Source of the DNA: Paramoeba atlantica
Lineage: Eukaryota; Protista; Discosea
Length of the DNA: 64,000 bases
NCBI GenBank assembly: GCA_977017575.1
Contig: CDRNVI010000002.1
Span: 558,001-622,000 of the forward strand
Direction of reading: 5' to 3'
The notes beneath the pieces were generated by a model. That model was given only the letters and a program-made list of their open reading frames with translations. It had not been told where the DNA came from and made no database searches. Shown in pieces: positions 63,626-64,000 of the stretch (within the stretch, counting starts at the first letter, position 1; every line of letters starts with the position of its first letter). A program made the position numbers and the translations under genes.

Positions 63626-64000
63626 GTAGAACCAACCCGCCAAATGGAGCCCGCGACCCCATGGCATATCAGAAAGTTGCGCGCCAAACTCATACCAAGG
63701 GATTCGATAGCGGTGTTGATCTGTTGGAAAGCCGCGGGCCGATGGACCGAGGTAGCCGAATTGACCAAAGACCGGTTTGTCAAGGTGGACGACAACGAAG
63801 TAATTGTGTATTGGGGGCGGCAAACGAAAACCAGACGACTCAACCCGTATCGGTTATCCATGTGCACAACGATAGTGGTTCCAGGGACTCCAGAGATAGC
63901 TCAACACGTCAGGCATATGATTGCAGGGCAGCGCATAAGCGCCACGACAGTACGGGAGATGGATCTCCGAATACGCAAGATTCTGGGCCCGAAATTCGGA
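63626..64000 (+). pseudogene. Tyrosine recombinase fragment of a third YR element (Y3); runs off right edge
   Basis: VEPTRQMEPATP..CWKAAGRW..YWGRQTKT..NPYR..TTVREMD. Not in the supplied ORF track; translated by hand. Confidence 0.88.

Noticed and set aside
1-64000. Whole window as a chimeric misassembly joined at poly(A) runs
   Set aside because: Five independent TSDs plus a TTC crossover core, with restored reading frames, argue for real nested insertions. Individual A-run junctions still need long-read confirmation.

Overview
Eukaryotic DNA, very probably euglenozoan (kinetoplastid-like). This rests on five copies of a spliced-leader (SL)-type exon ending TTTCTGTACCTTGTTG and on SLACS/CRE-like and VIPER/TATE-like retroelements. 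I recognise no host gene, rRNA, intact tRNA or CRISPR array: the whole 64 kb is a nested retroelement island. Contents: (i) at least 5 related CRE-clade RT + restriction-like endonuclease (RLE) families (group A), which share a ~230-nt covarying 3' RNA structure and sit in A-tracts; (ii) several SLACS/CZAR-like CRE families (group B); (iii) RTE-like LINEs, one intact with an added RNase H; (iv) three gag-tyrosine recombinase (YR)-RT/RNase H elements; (v) a structured, poly(A)-tailed, TSD-flanked non-coding retroposon. Most notable signals: a conserved candidate -1 frameshift cassette with ~1.1 kb of dual coding in the YR elements; SL exon + polypyrimidine-AG heads on full-length CRE copies; the shared structured 3' RNA; split direct repeats with a 3-nt TTC crossover core; and a Tudor/SH3-like module shared by unrelated element classes. 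All alignments and folds were done by eye, no searches were run, and element boundaries given as approximate are +/- ~20 nt.
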